Below, piece after piece: positions 1 through 10,017 of a DNA stretch of 64,000 nt. The DNA is from a bacterium (lineage in GTDB: Bacteria; Zhuqueibacterota; Zhuqueibacteria; Residuimicrobiales; Krinioviventaceae). The notes under the pieces are model-generated. The model was not told the origin of the DNA and made no database searches. It saw nothing but the letters and a program-made list of their open reading frames with translations. Where the stretch lies: contig CAXXFV010000023.1 in assembly GCA_963674595.2 (NCBI GenBank), positions 128,001-192,000 on the forward strand, given 5' to 3'. The translations under genes and the position numbers were made by a program. The stretch's first letter is position 1, and every line of letters begins with the position of its first letter.

Positions 1-1677
1 ATACATACCCAATGCAAAGGCAAGTGGCGAAACACCAATCATTTCCAAAATACCGGCAAAAAGAGCGCCGATAATATACAACATCCACGGGGCTGGTTGG
101 TTGGACATGAGGGGTTTAATAACAGCGGCCATCGCGTTTGCCTGAGGAGCAACCAGGGCGCCTTCGCCGACAAAACCATAGGTTTCATTCAACATCATAA
201 TAACCAAACCGACAGATGCGGCTGCTACCAGTGTTCCCAGAAATTTATACTTTTGTTGATTAACCGGTGTGGTGCCAAGCCAGTAACCGATTTTTAGATC
301 GGTAATAAATCCTCCGGCCATGGATAGCGCTGTACAAACAACGCCGCCGATAATCAATGCGGAAACCATTCCTGTGGGGCCAGAAAGACCAAATTTTACC
401 AGAATGACTGAAGAGAGAATCAACGTCATCAGCGTCATACCGGAAACAGGATTGGTGCCGACAATGGCTATAGCCCGCGCGGCAACGGTTGTGAACAAAA
501 AGGCGATAATCAAAACAATGAGCAAGCCGACAACAGCGTGTCCTAATTGGTCAACAACACCAAATTGAAAAAACAGAAAAATGGCAATGGCGGTTAAAAC
601 AATTAAAGCACCGACAAGTCCCATGGGCAGGTCTTTGCTTGTACGTGTCGTTTTCTCTTGTTGAGAAGTAATGGCTTTTTTACCGCCGGCAATTTCAGCC
701 CATGCCAGTTTTAGGGCGCCGCCGATAATTTTGGATGATTTGACAATGCCGATAATTCCGGCGCAGGCAATTCCGCCGATACCGATGTGTCTGACATAAG
801 TTCCAAAAATTTGTTCGGCGCTCATGTTGGCGATCAGGTCTGTTGCTGTACTGCCGATAACAACGGGTATATGTTGTCCAAAATAGGAGACTAAAGGAAT
901 AAATACAAACCATGAAACAAAAGAACCGGCAGCTATGATGGCAGCATATTTAAGTCCCACAATATAACCGAGCCCCATAACAGCGGCCCCGACATTTATT
1001 CGGAACACGAGTTTCGCTTCATTGGCTAAATTTGCTAAAAACGGAACGGCCCGGCTTTCAAATACTTCACTCCACCAGTGAAAAGTGCCGATAATAAAAT
1101 CGTAAATACCTCCGATGGCCATGGCTTTTAGTAGGATCTTTGCCTGGTCGCCGCCGGCTTCTCCGGCTACAAGCACTTCGGTCGTGGCTGTTGCTTCCGG
1201 GAACGGGAATTCACCGTGCATTTCCTGAACAAAATATTTTCGGAACGGAATAAGAAAAAGAATTCCTAAAAATCCGCCGAATAAGGAGGCAAGGAATATC
1301 TGATAAAATTTTGCATCTAATTCCAGAATATAAATTGCCGGGATGGTAAAAATAGCTCCGGCCACAACAACACCGGATGCCGCACCAATGGATTGGATGA
1401 TAACATTCTCCGAAAGTGCATTTTTTCTTTTTGTGAAAACCGATGTTCCCACAGCCAGAATGGCAATGGGAATGGCGGCTTCAAAAACCTGCCCGATTTT
1501 TAATCCCAGATAAGCGGCAGCCATGGAAAATATGGCGGCGTAAAACAGCCCCCAGATGAGTGAATAGGGGGTAATCTCTTTTAATGGTTTGTCGGCTGGA
1601 ACAACCGGAATATAAACCTCTCCCTCTTTTAATGGTTTGTAGGCATTTTCCGGAAGCGATGTTTTGGTTGGTTCCAT
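1..1677 (-). CDS. OPT-family oligopeptide transporter (3' end runs out of window)
   Basis: Manual translation from ATG at 1677 (GAGG RBS upstream): MEPTKTSLPENAYKPL...YLGLKIGQVFEAAIPIAILAVG...ENVIIQSIGAASG...FPFPEATATTEVL, which are OPT/YSL motifs. Missing from the ORF track because there is no stop in the window. Confidence 0.9.
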   Translation of the reverse strand, partial: MEPTKTSLPENAYKPLKEGEVYIPVVPADKPLKEITPYSLIWGLFYAAIFSMAAAYLGLKIGQVFEAAIPIAILAVGTSVFTKRKNALSENVIIQSIGAASGVVVAGAIFTIPAIYILELDAKFYQIFLASLFGGFLGILFLIPFRKYFVQEMHGEFPFPEATATTEVLVAGEAGGDQAKILLKAMAIGGIYDFIIGTFHWWSEVFESRAVPFLANLANEAKLVFRINVGAAVMGLGYIVGLKYAAIIAAGSFVSWFVFIPLVSYFGQHIPVVIGSTATDLIANMSAEQIFGTYVRHIGIGGIACAGIIGIVKSSKIIGGALKLAWAEIAGGKKAITSQQEKTTRTSKDLPMGLVGALIVLTAIAIFLFFQFGVVDQLGHAVVGLLIVLIIAFLFTTVAARAIAIVGTNPVSGMTLMTLILSSVILVKFGLSGPTGMVSALIIGGVVCTALSMAGGFITDLKIGYWLGTTPVNQQKYKFLGTLVAAASVGLVIMMLNETYGFVGEGALVAPQANAMAAVIKPLMSNQPAPWMLYIIGALFAGILEMIGVSPLAFALGMY

Positions 1678-1865
1678 TTAAAATCCTCGCAGCGTTTGGT
1701 TTTGCTATCTCTATTAAAATTTTGAAAATATAAACACTATGAAATGATTATGCAAGGAGAAATTGTTTGAAATAATCTTATCTTTGCATTACAGGACTTT
1801 TTTTTTGTAAAAAAAATCTTTACATTCTTGAAATAATTTAAAATGATTTTTAACAGGTATGAATC

Positions 1866-2552
1866 GTGATAAAAAAATTATTGTTATTACTCGTTGTTAT
1901 GGCGGGTTTTTCCTGCTCTACAAAATCGTTACAGGTTACTGTTGATAATATAACAATATCACAGGATGGCCAATCAATTACTGTTCACAAAATATCTTCC
2001 CCTTCGGCTGTTTACCAGGCTGCTATCATACTTGCCGGACAGGGATATGATGCCTGGCAACCCTTTTGTGAAAAAGTGGCGCAAACCTGTTGCGATGTTT
2101 ATTTTGTTTCGGCTTCTGATGCAGACTCTGTTGGAAAAACGGCCGAGCTGTTTCAAACAATTAAAACGGTTGTTGCCGATTCCTTTGATGTTCGTCGTGA
2201 CAAAATAGTTCTTATGGGCAACGGACCGATTTGTATGGGTGCCATAAAAAGTGCCGCAACAGATTCGGTGAAAAATACCGTGATTACCATGACTCCGCAG
2301 TGGCCTGATAGCAGCATATTGATCGACAGTTGGTTGAAAAATATTCAACCGGGACAGTTTGTATTAATAACGAGTGGTAAGGATGCCGCTGTTGCCAAAA
2401 AAAATAATGATCCTTTTTTCAATATGGCATCTGATCCGAAAAGAGTTGTGTGGCTGGACACTGATGACAACGGTGTGCAATTAATTCAATCTGATATGGA
2501 ACCAATTGTCCGAAGAATCGTATTTATGGCGATAGAAAGAATGATGCGCTAA
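1866..2552 (+). CDS. Putative lipoprotein with degenerate alpha/beta-hydrolase-like fold
   Basis: Signal peptide with lipobox-like GFSC; strand/helix pattern (AAIILAG, IVLMG, VITMTP, FVLITSGKD) resembles a hydrolase fold but lacks GxSxG. Confidence 0.5.
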   Translation: MIKKLLLLLVVMAGFSCSTKSLQVTVDNITISQDGQSITVHKISSPSAVYQAAIILAGQGYDAWQPFCEKVAQTCCDVYFVSASDADSVGKTAELFQTIKTVVADSFDVRRDKIVLMGNGPICMGAIKSAATDSVKNTVITMTPQWPDSSILIDSWLKNIQPGQFVLITSGKDAAVAKKNNDPFFNMASDPKRVVWLDTDDNGVQLIQSDMEPIVRRIVFMAIERMMR

Positions 2553-2572
2553 TTTATGCGGAGGATACAACA

Positions 2573-2941
2573 ATGAGTTTTATCGGTAATCTTTTTTGGA
2601 TAATTTTAGGCGGTTTGTTTGTCGCCCTTGAATATTTAATCGGTGGTATTTTGCTTTGTTTGACAATCATCGGAATCCCTTTTGGTATTCAAACCATAAA
2701 GCTGGGTATTTTGGCTTTACTGCCTTTTGGGCGTGATGTAAAAAGCAGGCCTAATGCGCCGACATTTTTGAGCACTATTTTCAACATTATCTGGATTCTA
2801 ATAGGCGGCATCTGGATTTGTGTGAGCCATCTTGTATTGGCTATTTTATTTGCTATTACACTTGTCGGCATTCCTTTTGCCAAGCAGCACCTTAAACTTG
2901 CCAAGCTTTCTTTAACGCCGTTCGGATATGAAATTGTGTAA
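2573..2941 (+). CDS. yccF: YccF-domain inner membrane protein
   Basis: Two repeats of N(L/I)xWIxxGG...IT(I/L)(I/V)GIPF...L(L/T)PFG. Confidence 0.9.
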   Translation: MSFIGNLFWIILGGLFVALEYLIGGILLCLTIIGIPFGIQTIKLGILALLPFGRDVKSRPNAPTFLSTIFNIIWILIGGIWICVSHLVLAILFAITLVGIPFAKQHLKLAKLSLTPFGYEIV

Positions 2942-2956
2942 TAACCTTGTTTTGTT

Positions 2957-3847
2957 ATGAAAGTATATATATTTTCAGGTCGTACTGAATTTTTTAAAGA
3001 ACATATTTCCGGGGAACAAATCCGGGCTATCCTGGAACGCGTTGCAAAGGAAACAGATACAACCGACCTGGTTGTTGCTTTGTACTTTGACCGCCGGTGC
3101 ACATGGACCGGCGGTACGGCTTATGTTCGTTCCTGGATGACACCGGACCGTTTTAGAACAGGGAGAGGTAAATGGAAGCTGACAACCAGATTCCCCAAAC
3201 CGGCTGACCTTCCCAAACAATACAAACTAATTCGTATGTACATGCAATGCGATTCGGTCCGTTATCCGTTAACAGAAATGGACCGTTACCATTGGAAACA
3301 CAGCTACCCTTCCATAGAAGCTCATATCGCCCATTTGTTTGCACACGAACTGCATCATTTTCGAAGGTATCATTTGGACCTTCATCCCGGGGAAGGAGAG
3401 AACCGCGCCAATCAGTGGGCAAAAACCATAGCCAATAATTTAGGGTATGCTGTTGAGAGCCAAAAGATTAAGATAAAAGTGAAAAAACGTCGTAAAAAAC
3501 AAAAATCTGTTGATCTGCGGGAAATATTAAATCCGAATGATTTTCTTCATCTTGATGTAGGCGGACCTGTTACTGGATGGGTGCGAATGATGAAGCAGGT
3601 ATTGTTAAATATGACAGCATCCAAGAAGGAAAAGTATGTTCATGATAAAATGCTTCATTTTGAAAAACTTCGTTCTTTACCCGAGGGAAGTGTTTTAAAC
3701 GTGAGCTATGATCCTTCAGAAAAATATTGTGGTCAGAATGTCTCAGTTGTCCGTCCTTTGAAACGTAATTCCTACCGAATTGTCATTCAGACCGGGGACG
3801 GTAAGGTGTGGCGCTGGCCTATGGCATGGTTGAAAATATGCGAATAA
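2957..3847 (+). CDS. Hypothetical zincin (HExxH) metalloprotease-like protein with C-terminal SH3-like segment
   Basis: AHELHH motif followed by E..AN; basic linker KKRRKKQK; beta-rich C-terminus. Confidence 0.55.
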   Translation: MKVYIFSGRTEFFKEHISGEQIRAILERVAKETDTTDLVVALYFDRRCTWTGGTAYVRSWMTPDRFRTGRGKWKLTTRFPKPADLPKQYKLIRMYMQCDSVRYPLTEMDRYHWKHSYPSIEAHIAHLFAHELHHFRRYHLDLHPGEGENRANQWAKTIANNLGYAVESQKIKIKVKKRRKKQKSVDLREILNPNDFLHLDVGGPVTGWVRMMKQVLLNMTASKKEKYVHDKMLHFEKLRSLPEGSVLNVSYDPSEKYCGQNVSVVRPLKRNSYRIVIQTGDGKVWRWPMAWLKICE

Positions 3848-3928
3848 CTTATTAAAATATAATAGTTAAGCAATATAAACCGGGGTTAAATTCCATCTTT
3901 TAAAAAAAATCATCATGTTTACATTTTT

Positions 3929-3944
3929 TGGCGCAGCTTTTGCG
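3929..3944 (+). promoter_or_regulatory. sigma54 (-24/-12) promoter upstream of the Big_1 lipoprotein gene
   Basis: TGGCGCAGCTTTTGCG: GG(3930-31)-N10-GC(3942-43), close to the TGGCAC-N5-TTGC consensus. Confidence 0.7.
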
Positions 3945-4103
3945 TATTTAAAAGCTGAATTATATAATACTATAATAACTTGGTTATAGTTGATTTTAAG
4001 ATTGCTATAAGCATATAAATAATAAAGCTTTATGTTGTCGGTTTTTGAAAGGTGTTTTCCAGTTGAAAAATAATAAAAAAAAGCCGTCAAAATTATTTAA
4101 CAG

Positions 4104-4123
4104 GTGACAGTTATTTGTGTCAC
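4104..4123. promoter_or_regulatory. Palindromic putative operator
   Basis: GTGACA-N8-TGTCAC about 35 bp before the 4157 start. Confidence 0.35.
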
Positions 4124-4156
4124 ATTAAATAAAAGAATTTATTAAGGGCAATACTC

Positions 4157-7100
4157 ATGCGCAAAAGTATATTTTTCATATTAGCCTTTCTGGTACTTGG
4201 ATTTATTGTTTTTTGTAACAGTGATGATGAAGAAATTGTTGGATCTGTTTCAAAAATAGAAGTTCAGATACCACAAATCCTTGCTGATGGTATTGCCACA
4301 ACAACAATCGTCGCAACAATTTATGACGATAGTGGGCGTGTGGCTGTGGGATGGACCATTAATTTCAGTGCGACTTTTGGTACTATTTCTGAATCAGCAA
4401 CGACAGATGGGCAGGGTCGTGCCTATGCTGTATTAACAAGTTCTGCCAGTGAAGTAGATTTGACATCCAAAGTTACGGCAACAATTAGCGATACAAGCAG
4501 TTCATTAAGTAAAAAATCGGTACAAGCTTCCAGTATGTATCTTCAGGTTGTCGGCAGTTCAGGAAAAACACCTGTTCCTTCTTTGGCAAAAACCAGTGCC
4601 TCGCAAGCCGATAATTCGGCCAGTGTAAACGTGATGTTTTTGGGTGTAACTTTTAAAGCAGAGCTGGATGCTTCGGCTATTCCGGCTGACGGCAAGTCAA
4701 CAACAAATTTGAATTTTTCCGTTAAAGAAACAACCAGCAAAAAAGCTGTTGATAAGGGTGTTATAACGCTTGCTGCTGCTCTTGGAAATATTACAAACAG
4801 TGTTACGACAAATAATCAGGGCGCTGCTTCCACAAGCATTGTTTCTTATAACAAATCGGCTGTCGATACAATATATGCAGAGTATGGCAGCGGACATAAA
4901 AAGAATTTGATTTTAAATTATGAAGCACCCAAGCTGGTGCTCGACCCGCCAAGTGCTCTATTATTAGCAGATGGCAAAAGCACCAAAAAATTTACGGCAA
5001 CTCTGCTTTCCCAGAAAAACACGCCTGTTACCGGAATTGAGATAAATTTTTCCGCTTCAAACGGTATTTTGGAACCAAGTAAAGGTACAACAAATACGAG
5101 TGGTCAGGTTCAGATTACATTGACCAGTGCAGCACAGGTTGATTCCAATGTTGTTATTATCGCCCAATCCAATGAACTGAGTGATACGGCAAAAGTTCAG
5201 TTTATTCAACCTGTTCTAAGTTTAACGGCGCCACAAAACATTCTGCCGGCAGATGGTCTAAGTCAGTTAGAAATTACTGCCAATTTGTTCTTGCCGGACA
5301 ATACCCCTGTTTCTGATGCTGAAATTACCTTTTCAAGTACTCACGGAACCATTAACCCGTTAAAAGCTGTAACAAACAGTGAAGGCCAGGCTGTTGTGAC
5401 TTTAAAGAGTGGTAATACTACTGCTGAAAATGTTGTTGTTACGGCAAAATTTCAAGAACTTGTTCAAACTTTTACACTAGCTTTTGATACACCCAAACTT
5501 ACTATTTCGCCAAAAACAGCAAAATTGCCGGCTGACGGGCTAAGTAAACAAACTTTTTATGCTACGTTACTATCATCAACCAATAGCCCTATTGTTGATG
5601 CTCCGGTCCAGTTTTATACTTCCAAAGGAACCATCACTGTTTTGTCAAGTACCACAAACTCTGAAGGCAAAGCAACAGCCGAATTAAAGAGCGGTTCTGA
5701 AACGGATGATAATGTTATTGTATATGCAAAGTTTAATGAACTGGCAGATTCAGCCCAGGTGCAGTTTGTTTCGACTTCTTATTCAAGAGGATTAAAACTT
5801 GATGGTGACAGCGAGACATTAAGAGATGGCTTGTCTTCTTTTGAGATAGCTGCTATTGTCATGGATGAAAATAATAGCCCGGTAAATGGCGCCAGTGTAT
5901 TTTTTACTTCTACCTATGGTGAAGTAGAGGAAATGGCCACAACAGATGCCAGTGGATATGCTTCTGTTACATATACGCCGGATACCGGAACAAATGATGC
6001 TGTTGATACCATTGTTGCCACAATGGGAGCAATTACTGTTCGTCATGAGGTGAATTTGATTGGTTTAACTATGCAAATGTTTGCCATTCCCGATTCTATT
6101 CCAGCCGACGGTGATGCTTCTTCACAAATATCTGTTAATTTAAAACGAACTTTAACTCAGCAGGTTTTACCCGGATTAGAAGTTAATTTCAGTTCGGATA
6201 TAGGATACCTGGAACCTGTCGCAACAACCAATAATCAGGGTGTTGCCGGTTTGGCGTTAACATCTGCTGTTACACCTGGTGTGGCAACGGTCACCGCAAG
6301 ATATGGTGGTTTTAGCAAACAGGTACAGGTACAGTTCTATCAAAATTCCCCACAGAGTTTATTGTTATCTGCTGAACCTAATTATATTTGGGTCAAAGAA
6401 ACCGGAAATTTAGAACAAACCATGGTAACAGCAACCGTTTTAGGACTGCAAAACCAGCCTATCGGACATGATGTTTATGTTCAATTCTTTGTGCAAAACG
6501 GACCTAATGGCGGTGAAGGTTTTGTTGTAGAAGATGGAGAGTCTTCTACTCAGTCCGAGCCTATTAAAACAGTTGACGGTAAAGCTGTTATTGGTTTCCG
6601 TGCAGGTACACGATCCGGAACTGCTGAAATTCGTGCTCAAGTTGTTGGTGAATCAGTACCTATGGCACGTACGACAAATATTATTGTTCGTTCCGGTCCT
6701 CCATATATTTGGGTGGATCCCGATAATAAAAACAACGTTGTTCCACACATGACACTGGCTTTTGATATTTTTAACCAGGAAGGTTGGAACCATGTTAGAA
6801 CATATACGCCTACTGTCTATATTGGAGATAAATACAACAATCCTGTAGAGCTTGGAACAGCCGTTTACTTTACCACCACTGGTGGAATAGTAACGACAGA
6901 TGTTTTGACGGATGAAAAGGGCATTGGAAGTGTTGAACTCTTAAGCGCCAATCCAAGACCGTATTTGCAACCGGTTGACGGAACAGCTTTGTCTCCGCAT
7001 AATATTGAAAATCCGAATGATCCAAGCATTAATTTGCCAATCATTGTACCTGATTTTGAAGGTAGTGAGGTTTTGAACAGCGAAGGAAATTATGGTGAAA

Positions 7101-7540
7101 ATGATGGAATGACTTTTGTCGTTGCAACAACGCATGGCCGTGACCAATATGGAAATGACGCTGTTGTCTATGCAACAGGAGGCGTTATTTTCAGCGGTCC
7201 GATTGCTGTCTTTACGGCCCAGGCTGAAAGTAACAGTTTGGCTTTAGGTGAAGCAACAACTGTTTATCTAAGAGTTTATGATATTAACGGTAATCCTCCG
7301 GCTGCCGGTTCAACGTTAATACCTGAGACAACGGCCGGATCAGTTACTCCGGATAATTTGATGGCGGCAAAAGAAGACTATGGTTATGGTACTACATATT
7401 ATACTGCTACAGTTATAAATAACCGGGTTCCGGATGCAGATGGAAATCTGTTTCCGACAACAGCGGCTGTTACATTTAAATTAAAAAGTCCTAACGGCAG
7501 CGGCGCTGTTACAGTTAATATTTTTATGGACAATAAATAG
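4157..7540 (+). CDS. Invasin/intimin-type Ig-like (Big_1) repeat surface lipoprotein
   Basis: Signal peptide ending IVFC; about 7 repeats beginning (I/L)(P/L)ADG or LRDG with 'V.F....G.......TN..G.A...L.S' Big_1 pattern. Confidence 0.85.
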   Translation: MRKSIFFILAFLVLGFIVFCNSDDEEIVGSVSKIEVQIPQILADGIATTTIVATIYDDSGRVAVGWTINFSATFGTISESATTDGQGRAYAVLTSSASEVDLTSKVTATISDTSSSLSKKSVQASSMYLQVVGSSGKTPVPSLAKTSASQADNSASVNVMFLGVTFKAELDASAIPADGKSTTNLNFSVKETTSKKAVDKGVITLAAALGNITNSVTTNNQGAASTSIVSYNKSAVDTIYAEYGSGHKKNLILNYEAPKLVLDPPSALLLADGKSTKKFTATLLSQKNTPVTGIEINFSASNGILEPSKGTTNTSGQVQITLTSAAQVDSNVVIIAQSNELSDTAKVQFIQPVLSLTAPQNILPADGLSQLEITANLFLPDNTPVSDAEITFSSTHGTINPLKAVTNSEGQAVVTLKSGNTTAENVVVTAKFQELVQTFTLAFDTPKLTISPKTAKLPADGLSKQTFYATLLSSTNSPIVDAPVQFYTSKGTITVLSSTTNSEGKATAELKSGSETDDNVIVYAKFNELADSAQVQFVSTSYSRGLKLDGDSETLRDGLSSFEIAAIVMDENNSPVNGASVFFTSTYGEVEEMATTDASGYASVTYTPDTGTNDAVDTIVATMGAITVRHEVNLIGLTMQMFAIPDSIPADGDASSQISVNLKRTLTQQVLPGLEVNFSSDIGYLEPVATTNNQGVAGLALTSAVTPGVATVTARYGGFSKQVQVQFYQNSPQSLLLSAEPNYIWVKETGNLEQTMVTATVLGLQNQPIGHDVYVQFFVQNGPNGGEGFVVEDGESSTQSEPIKTVDGKAVIGFRAGTRSGTAEIRAQVVGESVPMARTTNIIVRSGPPYIWVDPDNKNNVVPHMTLAFDIFNQEGWNHVRTYTPTVYIGDKYNNPVELGTAVYFTTTGGIVTTDVLTDEKGIGSVELLSANPRPYLQPVDGTALSPHNIENPNDPSINLPIIVPDFEGSEVLNSEGNYGENDGMTFVVATTHGRDQYGNDAVVYATGGVIFSGPIAVFTAQAESNSLALGEATTVYLRVYDINGNPPAAGSTLIPETTAGSVTPDNLMAAKEDYGYGTTYYTATVINNRVPDADGNLFPTTAAVTFKLKSPNGSGAVTVNIFMDNK

Positions 7541-7568
7541 AATTTTTTTTCAACCCTCCACACCCACG

Positions 7569-7603
7569 AAAGCGTCTACGCAGTTTTTCGCGTGGGCGCT
7601 TTT
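7569..7603 (+). terminator. Intrinsic terminator after the Big_1 gene
   Basis: AAAGCGTCTACGC/GCGTGGGCGCTTT stem (with G-U pairs) followed by T-rich sequence. Confidence 0.65.
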
Positions 7604-7640
7604 ATTAATTTATGTGGACTATCGTATAATGGTTACATCA

Positions 7641-7658
7641 TGTCTTAAATACATGACA
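7641..7658. promoter_or_regulatory. Putative enhancer (UAS) for a sigma54 activator
   Basis: TGTC-TTAAATACAT-GACA, about 95-110 bp upstream of the -24 element at 7751. Confidence 0.55.
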
Positions 7659-7749
7659 AATAACCAAAGGTGTTTTTTACCATGCTTTTTTAGGTTTACC
7701 TAAGTATAATAAAATTAAATGTTATTTTTTAAGATTTTTCCAAATTGCG

Positions 7750-7765
7750 CGGCACATTCTCTGCA
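7750..7765 (+). promoter_or_regulatory. sigma54 promoter of the minor-pilin/HDOD operon
   Basis: CGGCACATTCTCTGCA: GG-N10-GC. Confidence 0.75.
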
Positions 7766-7813
7766 ACATTATAAACTGGAAAAAAGTGTGTTTTACTAAA
7801 ATTGAGGCTGGTT

Positions 7814-8296
7814 ATGAATAGTGGACATATGATGCTCGTTATCGGCAGTATTGTTCTCTTTTCCTTTCTGACAATAAATGCTCATAGAACAATATTAAAT
7901 TCTACAGAGTTGACACTCTATGCGGAATACTTTTCAACAGCGACTTCCGTCGCTTCGAACCTGGTCACAGAAATTACAACAAAATCTTTTGATGAAAAGA
8001 CAATTACCAGTGAAGTAAGTTCTGCTGATTCGTTGACCAGTTCAGAAAGTCTTGGCCCGGATTCCGGAGAAAGTTATCCGAATTTTGATGATATTGACGA
8101 CTATGATAACTATCAAACCGTTGTCAGTACACCAAGGTCAGGTAACTTTACGGCAGTGGTTGATGTCAGCTATGTAAATGAAAGTACGCCCGATAATGTT
8201 GTTAATTCACAAACAAGGATGAAGAGAATAAAGGTCGATGTTACCGGCGCTACGGTAACGAGTCCGGTTTCATTATATTATTATGCAAGTTATTGA
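7814..8296 (+). CDS. Minor pilin-like protein (PilV/MshD-like)
   Basis: ATG 7814 (MNSGHMMLVIGSIVLFS) after GAGG; N-terminal hydrophobic helix, then A...A..L..EI..K.FDE and FDDIDDYD, then a C-terminal beta meander (KRIKVDV). Confidence 0.65.
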   Translation: MNSGHMMLVIGSIVLFSFLTINAHRTILNSTELTLYAEYFSTATSVASNLVTEITTKSFDEKTITSEVSSADSLTSSESLGPDSGESYPNFDDIDDYDNYQTVVSTPRSGNFTAVVDVSYVNESTPDNVVNSQTRMKRIKVDVTGATVTSPVSLYYYASY

Positions 8297-8304
8297 GGTA
8301 ATTT

Positions 8305-8835
8305 ATGAGTCAGCTTGATTTAGTGGGGTCTTTTATTGTTGGAGGACTGGTTCTGTTTGCGATTGTAGCGTTTCAGCTACAATTTGACAGTATTGCCCAA
8401 TCAAATGCTTTTACTGAATCAACCCAACTTACAGCAACAGAATTCGGACGGGTTATCGAATATGATTTTAATAAAATCGGCTACCGTGTGACAAGTGGAT
8501 CTAAGATATTTAGCCTTGGTACTTCAAATATTTCATTCCTGGCTGATTTAAATAATGATGGAACAATTGACAGTGTTCTTTATTATACAAACAATTCACA
8601 ACAAAATTTAAAGCTTTTTCGACATACAAGTCTGGATAATGGTAATAGTTTTAACATGGATATCGGGTCTTTTACGATTCAGGCCTATGACTCTCTGGGT
8701 ACTGCGACGGCATCGGCGTCGGCAGTCCATAGTATTAAAGTCGATTTGTTACTGCAGCAAAATTTCAACTTGACAGATAAAGTAGAAAGAATCGGTGCAT
8801 ATTGGTCGCGCCGGTTATACCCCAGGAATTTATAA
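8305..8835 (+). CDS. Minor pilin-like protein (PilW-like)
   Basis: N-terminal hydrophobic helix; IEYDFNKIGY (PilW-like 'D...AGY'); ADLNNDG loop; ends YPRNL. Confidence 0.65.
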   Translation: MSQLDLVGSFIVGGLVLFAIVAFQLQFDSIAQSNAFTESTQLTATEFGRVIEYDFNKIGYRVTSGSKIFSLGTSNISFLADLNNDGTIDSVLYYTNNSQQNLKLFRHTSLDNGNSFNMDIGSFTIQAYDSLGTATASASAVHSIKVDLLLQQNFNLTDKVERIGAYWSRRLYPRNL

Positions 8836-8852
8836 ATTAGAAAGAGGTTGAG

Positions 8853-9989
8853 ATGGGTAAAATGTTGATTATCATCATAATTGCTCTCGCCGCTATAACG
8901 GGGTTGGTATCTGTGAATATGATGAAGAGTGATGCAAACATGCTGGTAAACTCTGTTGACGAACGCAGTCGTCTTCAGGCCAAAGAGATAGCAAAAAGTG
9001 GTATTGAATTAGGCATTAAAAAAATATATGAAGATACAACATGGAATGATGGAATATCAAGGCTGTCAATCGGCAGCGGCGTGCTGGATTTAACTGTAAC
9101 AAACAGCACCAGTCTTTATCCCAGTGGGCCTTCAGCAGGCACCTTTGGAAGAGAATTAACCTCCACAGGGACCGTAAGCGGACAGACCTATACGATTCGT
9201 ACGATTATAAACATACCAACCACGCCGGGAACGCCTCCTTTTCTGGATTATGCTCTGGCATCCGATGGTGACCTGCAGCTTTTGGGAACAGTGGATGTTT
9301 TGGATGTGCAGGGTGGTGCAACGGGTGTGAACTCTAATATTCATACAAACAGTGATTTGTATGTTCAGGGAAACACAACCGTCACCGGATATGGCACCTA
9401 TTCCGGAAATAGTTATCTAAATCCATCAGACCCGTCGCGTTTTTTCCATCCTTATGATGTAGAAGCCGGACAATCACTGGTTGCTGAATCTGATCCTATT
9501 TCAATTCCTGCTTATAATCCTACGGATTATAGAGATGCCGCGACCCAAATCATTAGCGGCAGCACAACTTTTACAGGAAGCGAAACATTGGGCAGTGAGG
9601 AAAGTCCTGAAATTATTTTTGTTGATGGTAATATAACCATTAGTGGTAATTTTACCGGTTGGGCGGTATTCATTTGTACAGGAAGTGTTACAATAACAGG
9701 TAATATCTCTTTAGACGCTGAAAGTCCGCTTTCCAATCAACTTGGAATAATAGCTGCCGGAGATATTGATATCGGTGGTAATGTTGATGTTGAAGCTCAA
9801 CTATTTGCCGGTGGTAATATAGAATTTAATGGTAATAATGAATTGTATGGTATTGCAACGGCAAAGGGCCAGATTGATTTTCGTGGAAATGTTAACGTGC
9901 GATACCGTCAAGCATCAAATAACTTAACTGGACCAATATGGGATTATGCCGATGTATTACGTCCTGTAATTGTTTCATATTTGGAATAG
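8853..9989 (+). CDS. PilX-like minor pilin with C-terminal beta-helix, copy 1
   Basis: Hydrophobic N-helix; QAKEIAKSGIELG (PilX N-terminal 'A...AE.G' motif); repeated GN/GD-x-I-x-G beta-helix rungs. Confidence 0.7.
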   Translation: MGKMLIIIIIALAAITGLVSVNMMKSDANMLVNSVDERSRLQAKEIAKSGIELGIKKIYEDTTWNDGISRLSIGSGVLDLTVTNSTSLYPSGPSAGTFGRELTSTGTVSGQTYTIRTIINIPTTPGTPPFLDYALASDGDLQLLGTVDVLDVQGGATGVNSNIHTNSDLYVQGNTTVTGYGTYSGNSYLNPSDPSRFFHPYDVEAGQSLVAESDPISIPAYNPTDYRDAATQIISGSTTFTGSETLGSEESPEIIFVDGNITISGNFTGWAVFICTGSVTITGNISLDAESPLSNQLGIIAAGDIDIGGNVDVEAQLFAGGNIEFNGNNELYGIATAKGQIDFRGNVNVRYRQASNNLTGPIWDYADVLRPVIVSYLE

Positions 9990-10017
9990 TTGGAACTTTA
10001 TACGAAAAGGGTTAGAA

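Noticed and set aside
97-913. Short ORF-track entries here and the many similar 60-180 aa ORFs overlapping larger genes
   Set aside because: Shadow or alternate-frame ORFs over well-supported genes (here the OPT transporter) with no recognisable motifs.
7563-7603. Antiterminator (CCCACG pairing with CGTGGG) giving read-through into the minor pilins
   Set aside because: Only 6 bp, and the downstream operon has its own sigma54 promoter.
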